DNA of 55,884 nt, filler included, from Platydemus manokwari (lineage: Eukaryota): NCBI GenBank assembly GCA_037951405.1. It is 4 parts of 4 records of this genome, joined end to end, with 100 filler letters (N's around TTAATTAATTAA, not from the genome) between each part and the next. Parts side by side here need not be neighbours in the genome. Positions count along the whole stretch, not along the records: positions 1 to 9,097 come from JBBMOY011299761.1; positions 9,198 to 21,689 come from JBBMOY010114455.1; 2 more parts are not named here. One strand, 5' to 3'. Positions 1 through 12,896 of this stretch are shown piece after piece. A program made the position numbers and the translations under genes. The first letter of the stretch is position 1, and each line of letters opens with the position of its first letter. The notes beneath the pieces were generated by a model. That model searched no databases. It saw nothing but the letters and a program-made list of their open reading frames with translations, and was not told the DNA's origin.

Positions 1-1
1 A

Positions 2-130
2 AGTAGATTAGATGAAATATTAAAAAACATTGAACAGAAATTAGATGATAAACTGAATCTTGAGGATAAGAATAATCGTATGATTGTTTTATCGAAGTAC
101 AGGTCCAGAGCACTTAGGAAAATGCGATAA
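2..130 (+). CDS. possible terminal exon of a gene entering from the left edge (unidentified)
   Basis: Open frame from the window edge SRLDEILKNIEQKLDDKLNLEDKNNRMIVLSKYRSRALRKMR-TAA, then AT-rich sequence with AATAAA. No recognisable motif. Confidence 0.3.
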   Translation, partial: SRLDEILKNIEQKLDDKLNLEDKNNRMIVLSKYRSRALRKMR

Positions 131-433
131 CGAGAAATATAGTATAAAAACAAATATTGATCACCCAATTATAATATTAACAATATAGAACAATGTCTAC
201 AATTTTAATAAATAATAATAAAGGTATTAATTATAATTTTAAAAAAATAATATTAATAAAGAATAGTAATGATAATATTAGTTTTAGTAGAAAATCCATT
301 TTCACTGTTATCTAATAATTAAAATTTAATTTTTTTTCAAATAACTGATTACGAGCAAATACAAATGTTGACAGGAAATATAAGATATTTGATTTCCGTA
401 AACTATGACAATAATGTTCACAGATTCGACTAT

Positions 434-1309
434 TTAACTTGGATTGATGACATTGCTTCTGCATAATAATTTGTTTTTCAGAAATTTGTTATGCATTGAA
501 AATATGATAAAGTTTGATAAGCAATTTAAATATGAGATATCCATGAGATATTTAGCATAACCGATATTCCAGTTATACAAATAAAGCAAAATGGGAATGA
601 GTAACAAATTATAAACCAGAGACGTTTCAAATGATATGAGAGTTAACTTGACAGTTCTTGATATTCTTTGATTGATATCGATTCGTCGATTTCGTTTAGA
701 TCTCCACATAAATATTACACAAATAACGAAATACACTACAAAATTAAGCCCACCACACAAATGTATGAATGTCTTCTCACACCATTGAAGGTATAATTTC
801 AAATTTAATTCGAGATTGCCTTGATCAATCTTGAAATAATATATATAATAAAGTGGTTCTAATAAGCTATGAAATATAACACAGAAAATGATGAAAATAA
901 TCCAGATTGTTTTCTTCTTCCACCAAATAGATACGGGTTTCACAATTGCCATCAATCTATCCAGTGCCAATAAATCGAAAATAAATAAAGCAGACATGTA
1001 ACATGTTCGATTTATTGCTATGGCAATAAAATAAGTGATTCGATCTTGAATCTTTAATACGGCCATCATGATGAATACTCCTATTTGTGTTAACGCCATG
1101 AAAACATCTGTGATTGTTATGAATTTTCTTATTGCTTGATAAGTTTGTCTTTGTCCTAGTATTTCTTTTGGATATTTGTTAAACAATATAAATAACAGGA
1201 CGTTCAATACAAAGCCGATAAAAAACAGAAATAAATAAATTGATGAAATAATCATTTCAATATTTGGTGATAAATAAGGTGGTCTACTCGTTGTATTTGA
1301 AACATTCAT
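434..1309 (-). CDS. intronless rhodopsin-family (class A) GPCR, 291 aa, orphan
   Basis: First ATG at 1309 (the ORF track begins at an upstream TTG). N-terminal sequons NVS/NTT, seven hydrophobic segments, TM2 Asp (ITDVF), TM3 Cys and LALDRLMAIVKP (DRY-like), basic ICL3 (RSKRNRR), TM7 LNCLSNFIIF (NPxxY-like). Confidence 0.85.
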   Translation of the reverse strand: MNVSNTTSRPPYLSPNIEMIISSIYLFLFFIGFVLNVLLFILFNKYPKEILGQRQTYQAIRKFITITDVFMALTQIGVFIMMAVLKIQDRITYFIAIAINRTCYMSALFIFDLLALDRLMAIVKPVSIWWKKKTIWIIFIIFCVIFHSLLEPLYYIYYFKIDQGNLELNLKLYLQWCEKTFIHLCGGLNFVVYFVICVIFMWRSKRNRRIDINQRISRTVKLTLISFETSLVYNLLLIPILLYLYNWNIGYAKYLMDISYLNCLSNFIIFSMHNKFLKNKLLCRSNVINPS

Positions 1310-4300
1310 GATATGAGAATAAATGAATATTGAAGATAAAAACAATCTGATGCATCTGACATTTTCTAGTAAATCGATTGGATAAAACGGAAATGCAAAT
1401 TAAAATGAAAGAAATTTATTGATTTATTCCATAAATGATTTTAAATAAAAAAATGGAAAAATGTCATTCCTTGTGTAATCTTTCTGTGTTATCTTGAAAT
1501 GTGAGTTTGAAAATATTATCAAAGAATTTATATATTATCAATTTACAGAATTTCATAAGAGAAAATCTCTAAAAAATTATTTTATAAAATATTTAGCTTC
1601 CTCTTATTAAATAAATTACTTAATTGGAAATATTTCGAAAATATATTTGGTTTTCTTCATGAATTTCGGTGATGGATTTTTCTAACCATATTACATTATC
1701 CCAGTCAAAAGCCTTTATTACGTTGGCTGAAACCCTTATTAATAATTCAATATTTCGTCTATTGTAGAGCAATGTGTACTGGTAAGATAATTTCTCTACA
1801 TTTTGCTGAATCTTTCTCCTCTAATTTTTAAACAATATTTTGCCGGTTCCTTTAAATACAAAATCAATCGATCCAAATTATAAATTATTGATTAGTGATT
1901 TTTTATATAGTTATAATTATAAAATATTATCAGATTCTATTTTGCTGTCCATTGTTCTGTATTAAAAGAAATCAATAAAATTGATCATGCTGTCAAATAT
2001 CACCGGTTTCTGCTTTTGTAATTCTATATTTAAATTGATATCAGTCAAATCTTCTTATTTTGTGATGGAGATAAATACTAGATAGAGAAACTGTTATTGA
2101 TTGTAAAAATACCTCAATGAAATAAGTATAAAATTTAATTTAGATTACAATAATAATGAGTATTGAATATGTATTGATTTCAATGAGACCATTAAATTAT
2201 ATCGATAAAGAATTAGCAGTTCACGGCAGTACGTTTATAATTAAATAAATTGATAACTCGTAATTCGATATTTCTTACAAATTAATATCAATGTTTATAT
2301 AATAAACAAATAACATTTATGATAACCATATTTATCTTGGATATTTATATTCGAAATAAACAATATTAATTTTTTTTTATTTTTGTGCTTCGATTTGTTA
2401 TTTTCACTTATTGTTGTTAGCCTTGACAATCTTCTATAAATTTAGAATTTAATAATCCAGTGATTGTCATTTGTGTAATATTTCTGTAAATATTTACACT
2501 GGATGAACAAATCGATGATGACCATCAGGTTATTTCTGAAATCATTTGAAATATCATAATGAAGGGAAATGAAATTTTATAGAGAATGTCAGTGATCTAT
2601 TGATATCGAAAGCTTTTATATGTGACTTGGTATCGAAAAATTAGTTAAGAAATCGAGAATTCAATTTTGAATTATAATATTATCTATATGTCAGATAAAT
2701 TAATATTTTCTGTGAATAATATAAAAAGGATTTGATTTTACGATCAACAGTTATAACAATAGCAATTCTTTATAAATGCATAACCAGATCTTGAGGTTCA
2801 ACGTTAGTGTAATAAACTTTTTTTTGCTCTTCCATACTCGTAAAAATCGAAATCTTGTGACTTCCACTTTTGATTTTATAACTTTTGTATTTCTCGTCAG
2901 TTCTTTGTCTGATTGCAATCATTTGTTAACTTTGTCACAAATCTGACATTGAAAAGAATTGCAATAAACATTTCCAACCACTTTCATTTATTAATTTATC
3001 TTTTGCCATAAATCGTTTGCATCATTTTGTTAGAACACATCAAACACAATCATTAACTTGATGTCCTTTAAAATTATAAAGATGTGATGTGTAAGCAAAC
3101 TGATGGTTTAGATAGACTAGACAAACAAAACAGTTATTCTCCAAATTTGGAACACGTTTTTATGACCTATTTCATAATTATCTTTGATTTATTTTTATTC
3201 AAAGAGAATCAATTTAAAGCCAAAGAACTTTCTTAAAATGGTGACAAAATTTTAGTGGTCTATGCCGACATATAGACTTTTATTGAAGTTGATATTTTAG
3301 GCTATAATGAAAAGAGAAAGTCTTCTACACCTATTTTTAAACGCTGATGTTTTGATTCTTTTTTATGAAATTCTCTTAAGATCTGAATAAGATCTGAATA
3401 TGCCAAGATTGATTATTGAAAGCAATTGATCGTCTGATGGTTTTCGCGTGTACAAAGATAGTGTTTATTACGATAAATGAAAAAGATTTCCCCATTATAA
3501 TCTGGGAATAAAAAAGTGAGGCTGCGTGTTATTACTGAGAGAAATATATTGAAAGCAAACATAACGATCTTAATCATCAATGTTTTAAATAGGTCATTTC
3601 AACAGATTCCGATATGCTCATGCACACCTGTCCATCTTCTCTTTCACCAACGTACTCATATGAACCGAAAGCAACATAATTTAATATTTAAATGGTCCCG
3701 TATCTCCAACATAATCAATATTGGGCTCTTTTACTAAAGTAATATTGGTAATATATAGGTAATTTGTTTTCATTATTGATAATTATTGCATATTCATCAC
3801 AATGAATATTCGTCACTTCCTGATAATTATCTTAATCTTCAAAATCCCTAAGAATAACTTTATATTGATTTTGATATCATAAACAGTGATTTCATTATTT
3901 AATTTTATTATTATTATAAGACTTACATATTGATTTCGATATCATTCACATCTTTGAAATATATGCTCATCAACTTTCCCTCTAATTTTCGCAAGTCTTT
4001 GTGTGCAATATTTGGTGCTGTGCTAAAAATGGCAAACTGAAATTAATTGTGTGCTCTTTGCGCACAAGAATGAACATAAGACAAGAATATTCATTATATA
4101 AATTCCATACACTAAGCTACAATTAAACAATTAATGAAAGTGAACAAATTGTACATTCAACTTTTTATTTGTGTCAGTTGAGTAGAAATATTCTAATCCT
4201 TCTCTCTTCTCTCTTTTCCCTTTTGCCTGCAACCATGTTTTATACAAACAATCAAAATCAACCACATCATTACCTTAGAAATGGCTCTTAAATTTTACAA

Positions 4301-4560
4301 TCATGTCCAGATATACATCATGCATTCCATTTATTTGCTTGGTTTTAATGGAATTTATAAAACTATATCTCCATATGGTAGCAATGTCCAACAAGTTTGC
4401 TTAATCAGAATTCTTGAATTTTATAAGCAAGCTGCACAAGTTCTAGAAAACTGTTATTTCAATTTTCTTTGAGCATAAAATTTGAAATTAATGCACTAGA
4501 TTATGGAGCAATTCTCTAAGTATCTCATACAAGCAAAGGAAGTATCAAAGGACTAAACAA

Positions 4561-4623
4561 TTTTATAAAAAGATGTGAGGACTTGTGCCACCGCATCGTG
4601 ATGATATTTATGTTTATATTAAA
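4561..4623 (+). repeat. 5' copy of a ~60-bp direct repeat bounding the non-LTR element
   Basis: tgtgaggacttgtgccaccgcatcg (4574-4598) matches tgtgaggacatgtgccacctcatcg (7918-7942) at 23/25. Both are preceded by ttataaaaa and followed by ttatgtttat. Confidence 0.85.
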
Positions 4624-7600
4624 CTCAACACATTTCAAGCAAGAAACGATTACAAAATCAAATCAACACTTTACCGACACTGCTTTGTCGTCAAGACCTG
4701 AATCAATATTAAACAAGTAAACATCGCTAGCAACCTATTACATAACGCAAATTCCTTAACTTCACTAGAACGTACCCATCGTTACCCGTCGTTTGACCAA
4801 CAAATTTTCTATACAAATATTCTGAAGATGACTCCAAAAACCAACAAGTTACTACTCCAATAATCAAAACCAAGCCTAAAATATAATATGCCACTAATGG
4901 ACACTCTGAAATCCCGCTAAATCTCACAAAATCTGCCATTTCAATGAAATGCAAAATCACCAAACACATCATAACTGGCTCAATATTTCAACAGGATTTT
5001 CGCCCGATAATAATCATTGAAAATATCAATCCACAACTAATGAATAAACTTCTGAAGCCAATCCAAATTCCAAATACAATCAAAAACGAAGTCTGCAAAA
5101 GAACTTCCTATCAGCGGATATATTTCTCATCGACTCATGCATATTTCATGCACGCTCTTGATTTGCTCCTGCAAGACCTGCTACAAAACAGCCTAACAAA
5201 ATATCCAGTAAATGTCTACAAAATGAAAGAAATTCACCAAATACTTCCACATCCAAATGACCTATTTAAACAAGATTCTCACCTCTGAACTGACGACAAA
5301 CAACACCGTACAACAACAGAATCAATAACATTGGATTATGACATTGATGATGTAGTCCTAACTCAAACCACAACTGGCTCGATGGACTCTGCATCCGACT
5401 CAGATGGTAACTCTACTCACAGGGACAAAGCAATAACTCCATATACACCAATGTCTAGCCAATCCCAAAATCAAATAAATTTAACGCAATATCTTTCTAA
5501 ACTTTACGGTGATACCAGTCAAACCCCTGCCTACATGATCCTTATGAATGACAAGAAAGAAAAATGTAATATGTGCACAAAGATCTTTCGCTTCCTGTTT
5601 GCCAACACAACAATAGTACTGAAGCATTTCCACCAAACGCACAATATTGCCATCAAAACTGAATTCGACCTCCAATGCTACTGCAGATACATGAAACCAG
5701 CCACTGGATTCAAATATCACTTGAATAGTCATGTTTCTCAAGCAACCAAACATATAGATGACACGGATCTCGATGCCTTGTCGTTACCAAATGATGATAT
5801 ACAATTACAATGACTAAACAGGTTTTCCTATACAACAAAATCACAGATCAAGCCGCCAACATATTCATATTACGCCACCTGCAATTGCCATCCTGAAAAA
5901 ATACTTTCTAGGAATCATTCCTATTCAGGAAACTTGCCACTTGGGAAATTGCTTACTAGGTAATTCACTGGAACGACAACCACTGGAATCTCTACATCGC
6001 AGATCACCTGAAATTGTCATCACGCTTCATCAACCCAGCAACCAAATCTCTGTCAGCCGAACAAAAATGCTTATGGAACAAATTAGACAATCTGTTCACG
6101 ATGTCATCTTGTACGAACTCAAATTGATGGGCTGCAACTCTCACTACATAGAAATCACAAGTGCCTTATACGAAGACAGCAGATGATTAGGACTCCTCCA
6201 ATACTGATCTATTGTGGTGTCAAGCAAGGTTGCCCCTTGTCAATGACACTGTTCTGCCTCTCAATCGACTTTATTCTATGCTCATCATCGGATATTCCAA
6301 AACAGCTAACAGTCCACAACAGCCAATTAACCACACTGGCATAAGCTGATGACATTGTCATCTTAGCAAACTCTCGGAAAACTTGGAACACAGGAACAAT
6401 CACATTATCAACAAACGCAATTCAACTCATAATCAACGCCAACAAATGTTGATACTTCACCAAAAATTGAGAACCGGATGGATCTTCAAATCAACGAAGA
6501 ACAAATACCGATCATTGACGCAGATAATCTATACATATACCTTGGCGTACCGTTTGAACTCTAAAAGTGTTCCCTGGTCAACAACATTCTGCAAACAATC
6601 ATATCAGACTTCTAAGCCATTGCTGAATCGCAACTTCACCCATCACAGACGTTCGCCGCATACAACATCTTCCTGCACTCTCGGCTTCGCTTCCCTTCCA
6701 CAACAAAACTTGATTCCGGAACCTTGATCAATAATAAAGACAACGAGCTCGAGCAATCCAGTGACAAGAAAATACGTCAAGTCGGCCGAAAAATTCTCAA
6801 AATGAACGGGTCAAACTCTAGCTACAACCTCTGCATGTATACCCTTGCTAAACTCGGTGGAATTGGACTAACCACCTCACTCATGGAATACTGTATCCGA
6901 AGTGCAGCCAAAACCCGATTTGCAATTAGAAAGCTAAAGACACTTAAAATTGACATCCAATTCTACCAACATAACGCGGAGATCCTTCTGAAAGTTACAT
7001 TCGAAGAAGATAAAACCTACCATTTCAATATCGATAACAGAGGCAAGCTATGAGATACTCTACACGACTTAGTCTCAATGTACCATTACAAATAGTGAAC
7101 TACAATGAATAAACAAGGTCGACCTCCCTACTGATTCTCAACTTCACATCGGTTTCAGAAGCCAATAAAATGCTGCCAACCCTCTCCTGATGTATAGATA
7201 TTCGTCTCCCAAGCAAAAAACAACTTCTTCCTGCTCAATAACACTCCATATTTTATCAAAATGGGAAAATCCACACTTGCCACTCTGAGAGAGAAACCGA
7301 TGCCCAGCGGTACCAGGTACTTGCATAGAAAAGATATGCTGTAATTCTCGACCATCTCGAACATTATCTCAGATCGTTAGACTATGACACAGACATAGAC
7401 ACAAGTCTACCGGAAGTCAACAAAGTCTGACCTAATTATTAAGAACAAGGCAAAATGTCATGTCTATATCGAGAAACTGAAAATTCCATTCGGCATCACC
7501 GGCAAATTTGAGAATCACAGATTACTAAACCTCCAGAAATACAGGTCAATCGCCTCTGATATCAGGACCAAAACCCGCTTTAAAACCAGCTTAGGACGTA

Positions 7601-7904
7601 CTTTACCTCAAAGTGATCGCATTTTAGGACCCAAACAACAATGGAGTTCTCTCAAATATCGGCCTAGACAAATCCCAAATCACATTCAAAAGCTGGATTC
7701 CTGATAAACTCATTGCTTAAGGACTTCTTCACCACCTACAAGGCTCACAATGATATTCGAAACCTCAAGAACACATCATGGAATAGAGCCTTCAAACAAC
7801 TCACCGGAGGAAGAAATGATTTGAAATAGAATCGACAAGAACTTTAAGGAACCTGACTAGGAGACCTTTTCAACAAAATATCCGAGGACTTCGGAAATGT
7901 AAAT

Positions 7905-7971
7905 ATTATAAAAATATTGTGAGGACATGTGCCACCTCATCGCCAAGATTGTTATGTTTATGTGAAATAAA
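7905..7971 (+). repeat. 3' copy of a ~60-bp direct repeat bounding the non-LTR element
   Basis: Matches 4561-4623; ends in AATAAA at 7966-7971. Confidence 0.85.
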
Positions 7972-9097
7972 TCTTAGTTTTTTTATTGAACTTACTGATA
8001 AAATTACATTCACACACTTACAAACATCTTATATCTTATTCTAAAGAACATACTTTCAAACTTCTATCTTTTGATTTGAATGAATGAATAGTTTTTTAGG
8101 TAAATAAAAATTCAGATTATCTGATTAAATAAAGACCAAGATTCTCGGATTCAATACGAAAGGAATGCAACAGACTCATCAAAAATTTTCTTGTCTAAAA
8201 TAATATTTGAATGTAAATAAAGAAAAAGATAAATTTAATTTCGATTCTATAAACTATATTTATAACTCGATTCAAGTCAAAATAAATTTAGAAAGATAAA
8301 AATATAAACAATCGTTGCCTTAACAATGACCAATAAAATGAATAAATATAAAAATTACAAAATGCACATCACGATAATCCATTGTTGTTAAAATTAATGT
8401 TAAAAATTTATGTAGTTCATTTACTTATTTACATTGCAGAGTAGTTTAAAAGTGAGAAATAATGAATTTTAAGCTATTCATGTATAAATGATTTTAATAA
8501 TAACATTATTGTAAACAATTAATGCAATTTTAGAAATTATATTGGGAAATATAAATAAATATCAAGACTGACAAAACATCATAAATATACGCCTGCATAA
8601 AAATAAAGGATTTGACAGCAATTAATAAAGCAAATATTGTGATAAGCTGTAATTATTATTTACTGCTGTAGATCGACAACAGAACGAGAAGTTAATATTT
8701 TCAATGAGAAATACTGGCATGAATAAAAAAGTTATTAAAATATACTGAAGACAATTTTGCCACAAGAATTATCAGTAAAATAAATGCTGACATTTTTACA
8801 TTTGGATTCGGTTTTATTATGATTATTACTGAAATGCACGTTGGAATTTGTCATGTTTTGATAAGCTATTACTTGAGATATCATTCGTGTTTCTCAGTTC
8901 TCAATTAGAAATTGAGAAAGAATAATATAAATCATAAAAAAATATTTGGAAAGAATTTTCAAAAGGTGAATTAATTAAATTTGAAAATCGGTAAAACATG
9001 AAATGAAAAATTATCATTGTGAAGTGAAATAACATTTGTGAGGCTTTAAATCTAAATTAAATAATTTTAAAATTTAAATTAAATTATTTTATTAAAT

Positions 9098-9197
9098 NNN
9101 NNNNNNNNNNNNNNNNNNNNNNNNNNNNNNNNNNNNNNNNNTTAATTAATTAANNNNNNNNNNNNNNNNNNNNNNNNNNNNNNNNNNNNNNNNNNNN
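9098..9197. other. artificial scaffold linker N44-TTAATTAATTAA-N44
   Basis: Exactly 100 nt; the central 12-mer gives stops in all six frames; identical at three sites. Confidence 0.97.
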
Positions 9198-11289
9198 TCT
9201 TTCAATTAAATAACTTAGAATTAACTTGACCTTAACTTAATTTGAACGGAAAATTTATTTTTAATGAGTTTTACAATACGATGATGATAGTAAAAATAAA
9301 AGTAACAAAAATGACTATTATAGTGATAATAATAATTATTATTTTAATTACTAAATGGGAGTTTTTTTCATTATCGATGTTGTAATTCAGATGTTATTAT
9401 TGGAAAAATGCATATTGTACACTGCAATATTTATAACAAACAAAGATGAGAATCTCTTATAAATTATTAAAAATACAACTGCTGACTCGTCTTCTTCTTC
9501 GTCATTGAAATGGCAAAGTTAAACTATTTGCCTAGGTAATTATGCCCTGTTTCTAACACCAACTCAGGGATGTGCAAAAATAGTCTTCTTCCGAGATATT
9601 AATTATTTACTGAAAACAAGTCGACACCACCTAAATTGAATTTTTTACCCTTAGTGGTTTTTTATTTAACTCTTTAACTAGAGAATTTAGCCTAAGTGGT
9701 TTTTAGTTAATCAGAAGCCCAATTTAAGCAGTCATTATTTATTTAAGTAAATTTTATGATAAATTAACTTTTGTAATTGACTTGCATTTATTCTGATTAA
9801 TTAATTCTTTATTTAATGTATTTTCTTATTTGATATCTTTATTATATCTTTATTACCTTTTGTAATTCTTAATATGTTATAAATTATTTTTACAATTACA
9901 AAATATTTTCACGAGCTCATTATAATAATAAGTGGACAATGTTTTTGTAGTAGTAATGGAATTTACGGGTTATTTGTTTTGGTGAAAATTAAGTTCAAAA
10001 CAATGAGTTATTAACTATGATTTGTCATTCGTTAAGTATCAGAAGTTAGTAGTCTGATAACTGAGAATTTTATAAAGGATCTGACAACTAACCACATTAA
10101 TGGGTTTCATGTAAATTTAAATTATCAATACAAAAAATGATCGATATAATAATGATTAACAAATGCTAGAATGTTAACAGAAATAAGTTTGGTGATCTTA
10201 AGAATGGGAACAATCAACTGAAAGAAGTTAACGATGCTCTCCATCGACATATAAATATATGTCGAAGATTGATATAATTGATGTGCTTAGGGTAAAAATA
10301 TTTTTAACGTCGCTAAATAACATTAGTGAATAGTACCAATGTGATGATATTGATAATTCGCTTCCACGAATGATTCCTAATATGCTAAAATGTTTTTGCA
10401 AATTGCATAGAAAGTATTCGAGAATAATCCAGTGATTATAAAAAATCGATTATTGAAATTTTCTGTAAAAAGATAGAACGAATTTTGATACATATAATGC
10501 AAATTTTGTAGGTTTCATGACTCTCTTTGAATAATTTTCCATTTTACTATGGTAATGTACTATGTTATCACGGTGATATTTGAGATTCCATAAGTTATGT
10601 GTTTGTTATTATAACGTGAATTAATGCTCAAGGTAACAAAATTTAAAATATTCGGCATATTCTTAATTCCAATAGTAAAATAAAATTACCATGCGTTCGG
10701 ACTCTTAGTAAATTATTAAACTGTGAACACAAGGCCTTCTATCTTCAATTTCTAAATGATGTTTTAGTTTCTAAAATTACATCATAAGCTGATTTCATTT
10801 TCAAAATACAATGGCTAAATTTTATTTTCCAATTGTGACAAAACGTCACTGATACAATAGAGCTTATCCGAGATTCATCTGCAATAAAAGCGTGTTCTTT
10901 TGTGCCAACAAAACAGTGTTGTCCTTGATTGAAAATTCACATGTATTCTTAATAGAAAAAAATGAAATTTTATTCTTTGATTTCAAACGAAAGTTTTCGA
11001 TAATAATAATTTTATAATTTGCTGGGAAGAAATTTGGAAAATAAAATTTTATAAAGCGTCTTGATAAAAATAATTTCACAGTAAAATATAATAAACTAAA
11101 TGAAATTCTCTGTTAAACAGATTGTGTAGAATACATTGAATTATAATTATAAAATAATCTCGAAATAGTATTTGATAAAACTGCTCCTGACATAATATGA
11201 TGTTATTGAATAGTTATACTATAATCTTAAAATTCTGAGGCAAGCTAAACTTCACATGTCACCACATTGTTGAGTGAGATGAAATTTTT

Positions 11290-11535
11290 AAAAAAGTAAA
11301 ACCGATTTGCACCTTGGAACTCTTGCTTAAGCACTTTAAACATTTGCATGCCTACACAACCATACAGGCATATCAACCAACCAATCACAGATGGTAAACG
11401 ACACTATAGCACACACACCAAAAAACTTAAATATCCAATGGGAACATTAAAAAATAAAGATCGAATCAAAATATGGTACAACTTGATACAAAAAATATTA
11501 CACAAAGATCTTGATTATAAAAATCGATGTATAGA
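11290..11535 (+). repeat. dispersed repeat, homologous to ~24110-24400 (probable LTR-retrotransposon fragment)
   Basis: Shared colinear blocks: gatttgcacc, agcact.taaacatttgcat.cctac.caaccata.a.gcata.caaccaaccaat, aaagatc.aatcaaaa, gatacaaa. Confidence 0.7.
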
Positions 11536-12773
11536 AAGCCAAGTTTTTGGTTGATATTTTGGAAAGCTTGTCGAATCAGCATACGATCGAATACAATATT
11601 AGTTTACAATTTTGGAGTCAAAGATTAGCTGGTTGTTTAAGGGATCCATCAATATTATTGCTCATAATATTATACTGATAAATATTAGTCAAAAGAGCAA
11701 ATGAATAATATATTAAATAATTCTAAGATTAAGGAATTAATGAACTCTAAAAATCATTGGCAAATAATTGTAAATATTTTAACTTATAATCACTTTAGAT
11801 ACTAACTTCTAAGCCTTCTTCTATGCACATGTATCAGATATTTAGTTTCTGTACACTTGGACTGATTTATTGGTTTCGATCACTAGGTTTTTTATATTTC
11901 ATTTGCAAAATAATAGATTGCAATATGAATGCTTATATAAAGACCAGGTGTATCAATAAAATATGGAAAACATTAATCCATTGACAAAATGTGAAGAGTA
12001 TGAAAATTAACACGACACATCGAATGACAATGTTGATGATTTGCTTGTTAATAAATGGGTATTTGTAGATGAAAGCTAAATATCAGGGCTTGTTTAAGTT
12101 TAAATCAAACCAAAAGATCGAAAAAGAAAAGTCTCCAGTATTTATTGAATTATTTTCGATTTGATTTCGTTGATTTTATTGATAGTAAATGCAACATATC
12201 ACAGTAGCATTCGATTTAAATTAAACTCAATAGATGTCTTGATTATTTCAATTACTTTCAGACTCATAAAATTGCAAGTGCTCTAGAATCCATGTGAAAA
12301 ATTAGTCAAACATCTCATTGATCTTGTCAGATGACAGTTGTTTCCTATTAATTTTCAGAAATTCTAACAATTTTTACAGATGATCTTATAGATACAGATC
12401 TATGAGAATTATTAGTACATGATGTTTCCATATGCAATATTATTTTGAGCTCTTCATCATTAAATTCACTTCAATTAGGATAATAAATTAATAAAATGTC
12501 AGTTGCAATTAAAGGCCTATATGTGGCAATAGTTGAAGTTTGAGGAATTTCTTTCCAGTTTCACAAATAGTTTTACGAAGATTGTGTTACCTTAAAATTG
12601 TAGATTCTATTTACTAAAATAATTGATTTTTAAAATTTAAGGAGAAATAGCTTTAACAGTAATAGACATCGTTGTTAATATAAAATCCAAATCTAGTGCC
12701 AACAAATCTATTTTTAATTTATATGAAACTAAAATTTTTCATTTCAAAATATTGAACCAAAGTAGTGGTATGT

Positions 12774-12896
12774 CAGGGGTGGTCAACCGGTCGATGGCGA
12801 TCGACTGGTCGATCTTGAAGCCAATTTTAGTCGATCTATTGAGATGTTATTCAAATGAAAAGTCGATCTTACGTACACAAAAGTTGGCCACCTCTG
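12774..12896. mobile_element. 123-bp hAT-family MITE
   Basis: TIRs CAGGGGTGGTCAAC vs CAGAGGTGGCCAAC (12/14). 8-bp TSD TGGTATGT (12766-12773) vs TAGTATGT (12897-12904), 7/8. Repeated internal GTCGAT(C) motifs. Confidence 0.85.

Larger units (their letters stand above)
4561..7971 (+). mobile_element. degenerate non-LTR retrotransposon with restriction-like endonuclease (R2/R4/NeSL group)
   Basis: Two C2H2-like fingers in ORF 5331-5813 (CNMC..HFHQTH; CYC..HLNSH). RT motifs GVKQGCPLS at 6216, LA*ADDIVILA (YADD with Tyr to TAA at 6342), YTYLGVP at ~6530; KLGGIGL at ~6850; RLE-like KSDLII (7423), IEKLKIPF and K..KY. Many stops and frameshifts; C/A-rich sense strand. Confidence 0.85.

Noticed and set aside
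8280-8900. Hydrophobic minus-strand frames suggesting a second membrane protein gene
   Set aside because: Frequent stops, no motif; hydrophobicity is expected from T-rich sequence.
9142-9153. TTAATTAATTAA palindrome recurring three times
   Set aside because: Always centred in N44 runs; synthetic linker.
9510-9545. ATG-AKLNYLP(a)GNY as a possible EFHC2 start, overlapping an X-box-like TTTGCCTAGGTAAT
   Set aside because: Requires a frameshift, and no downstream exon links it to 14372.
10640-10790. KLPCVRTLSKLL resembling P-element/THAP9 transposase
   Set aside because: Single short motif; no downstream catalytic block found.
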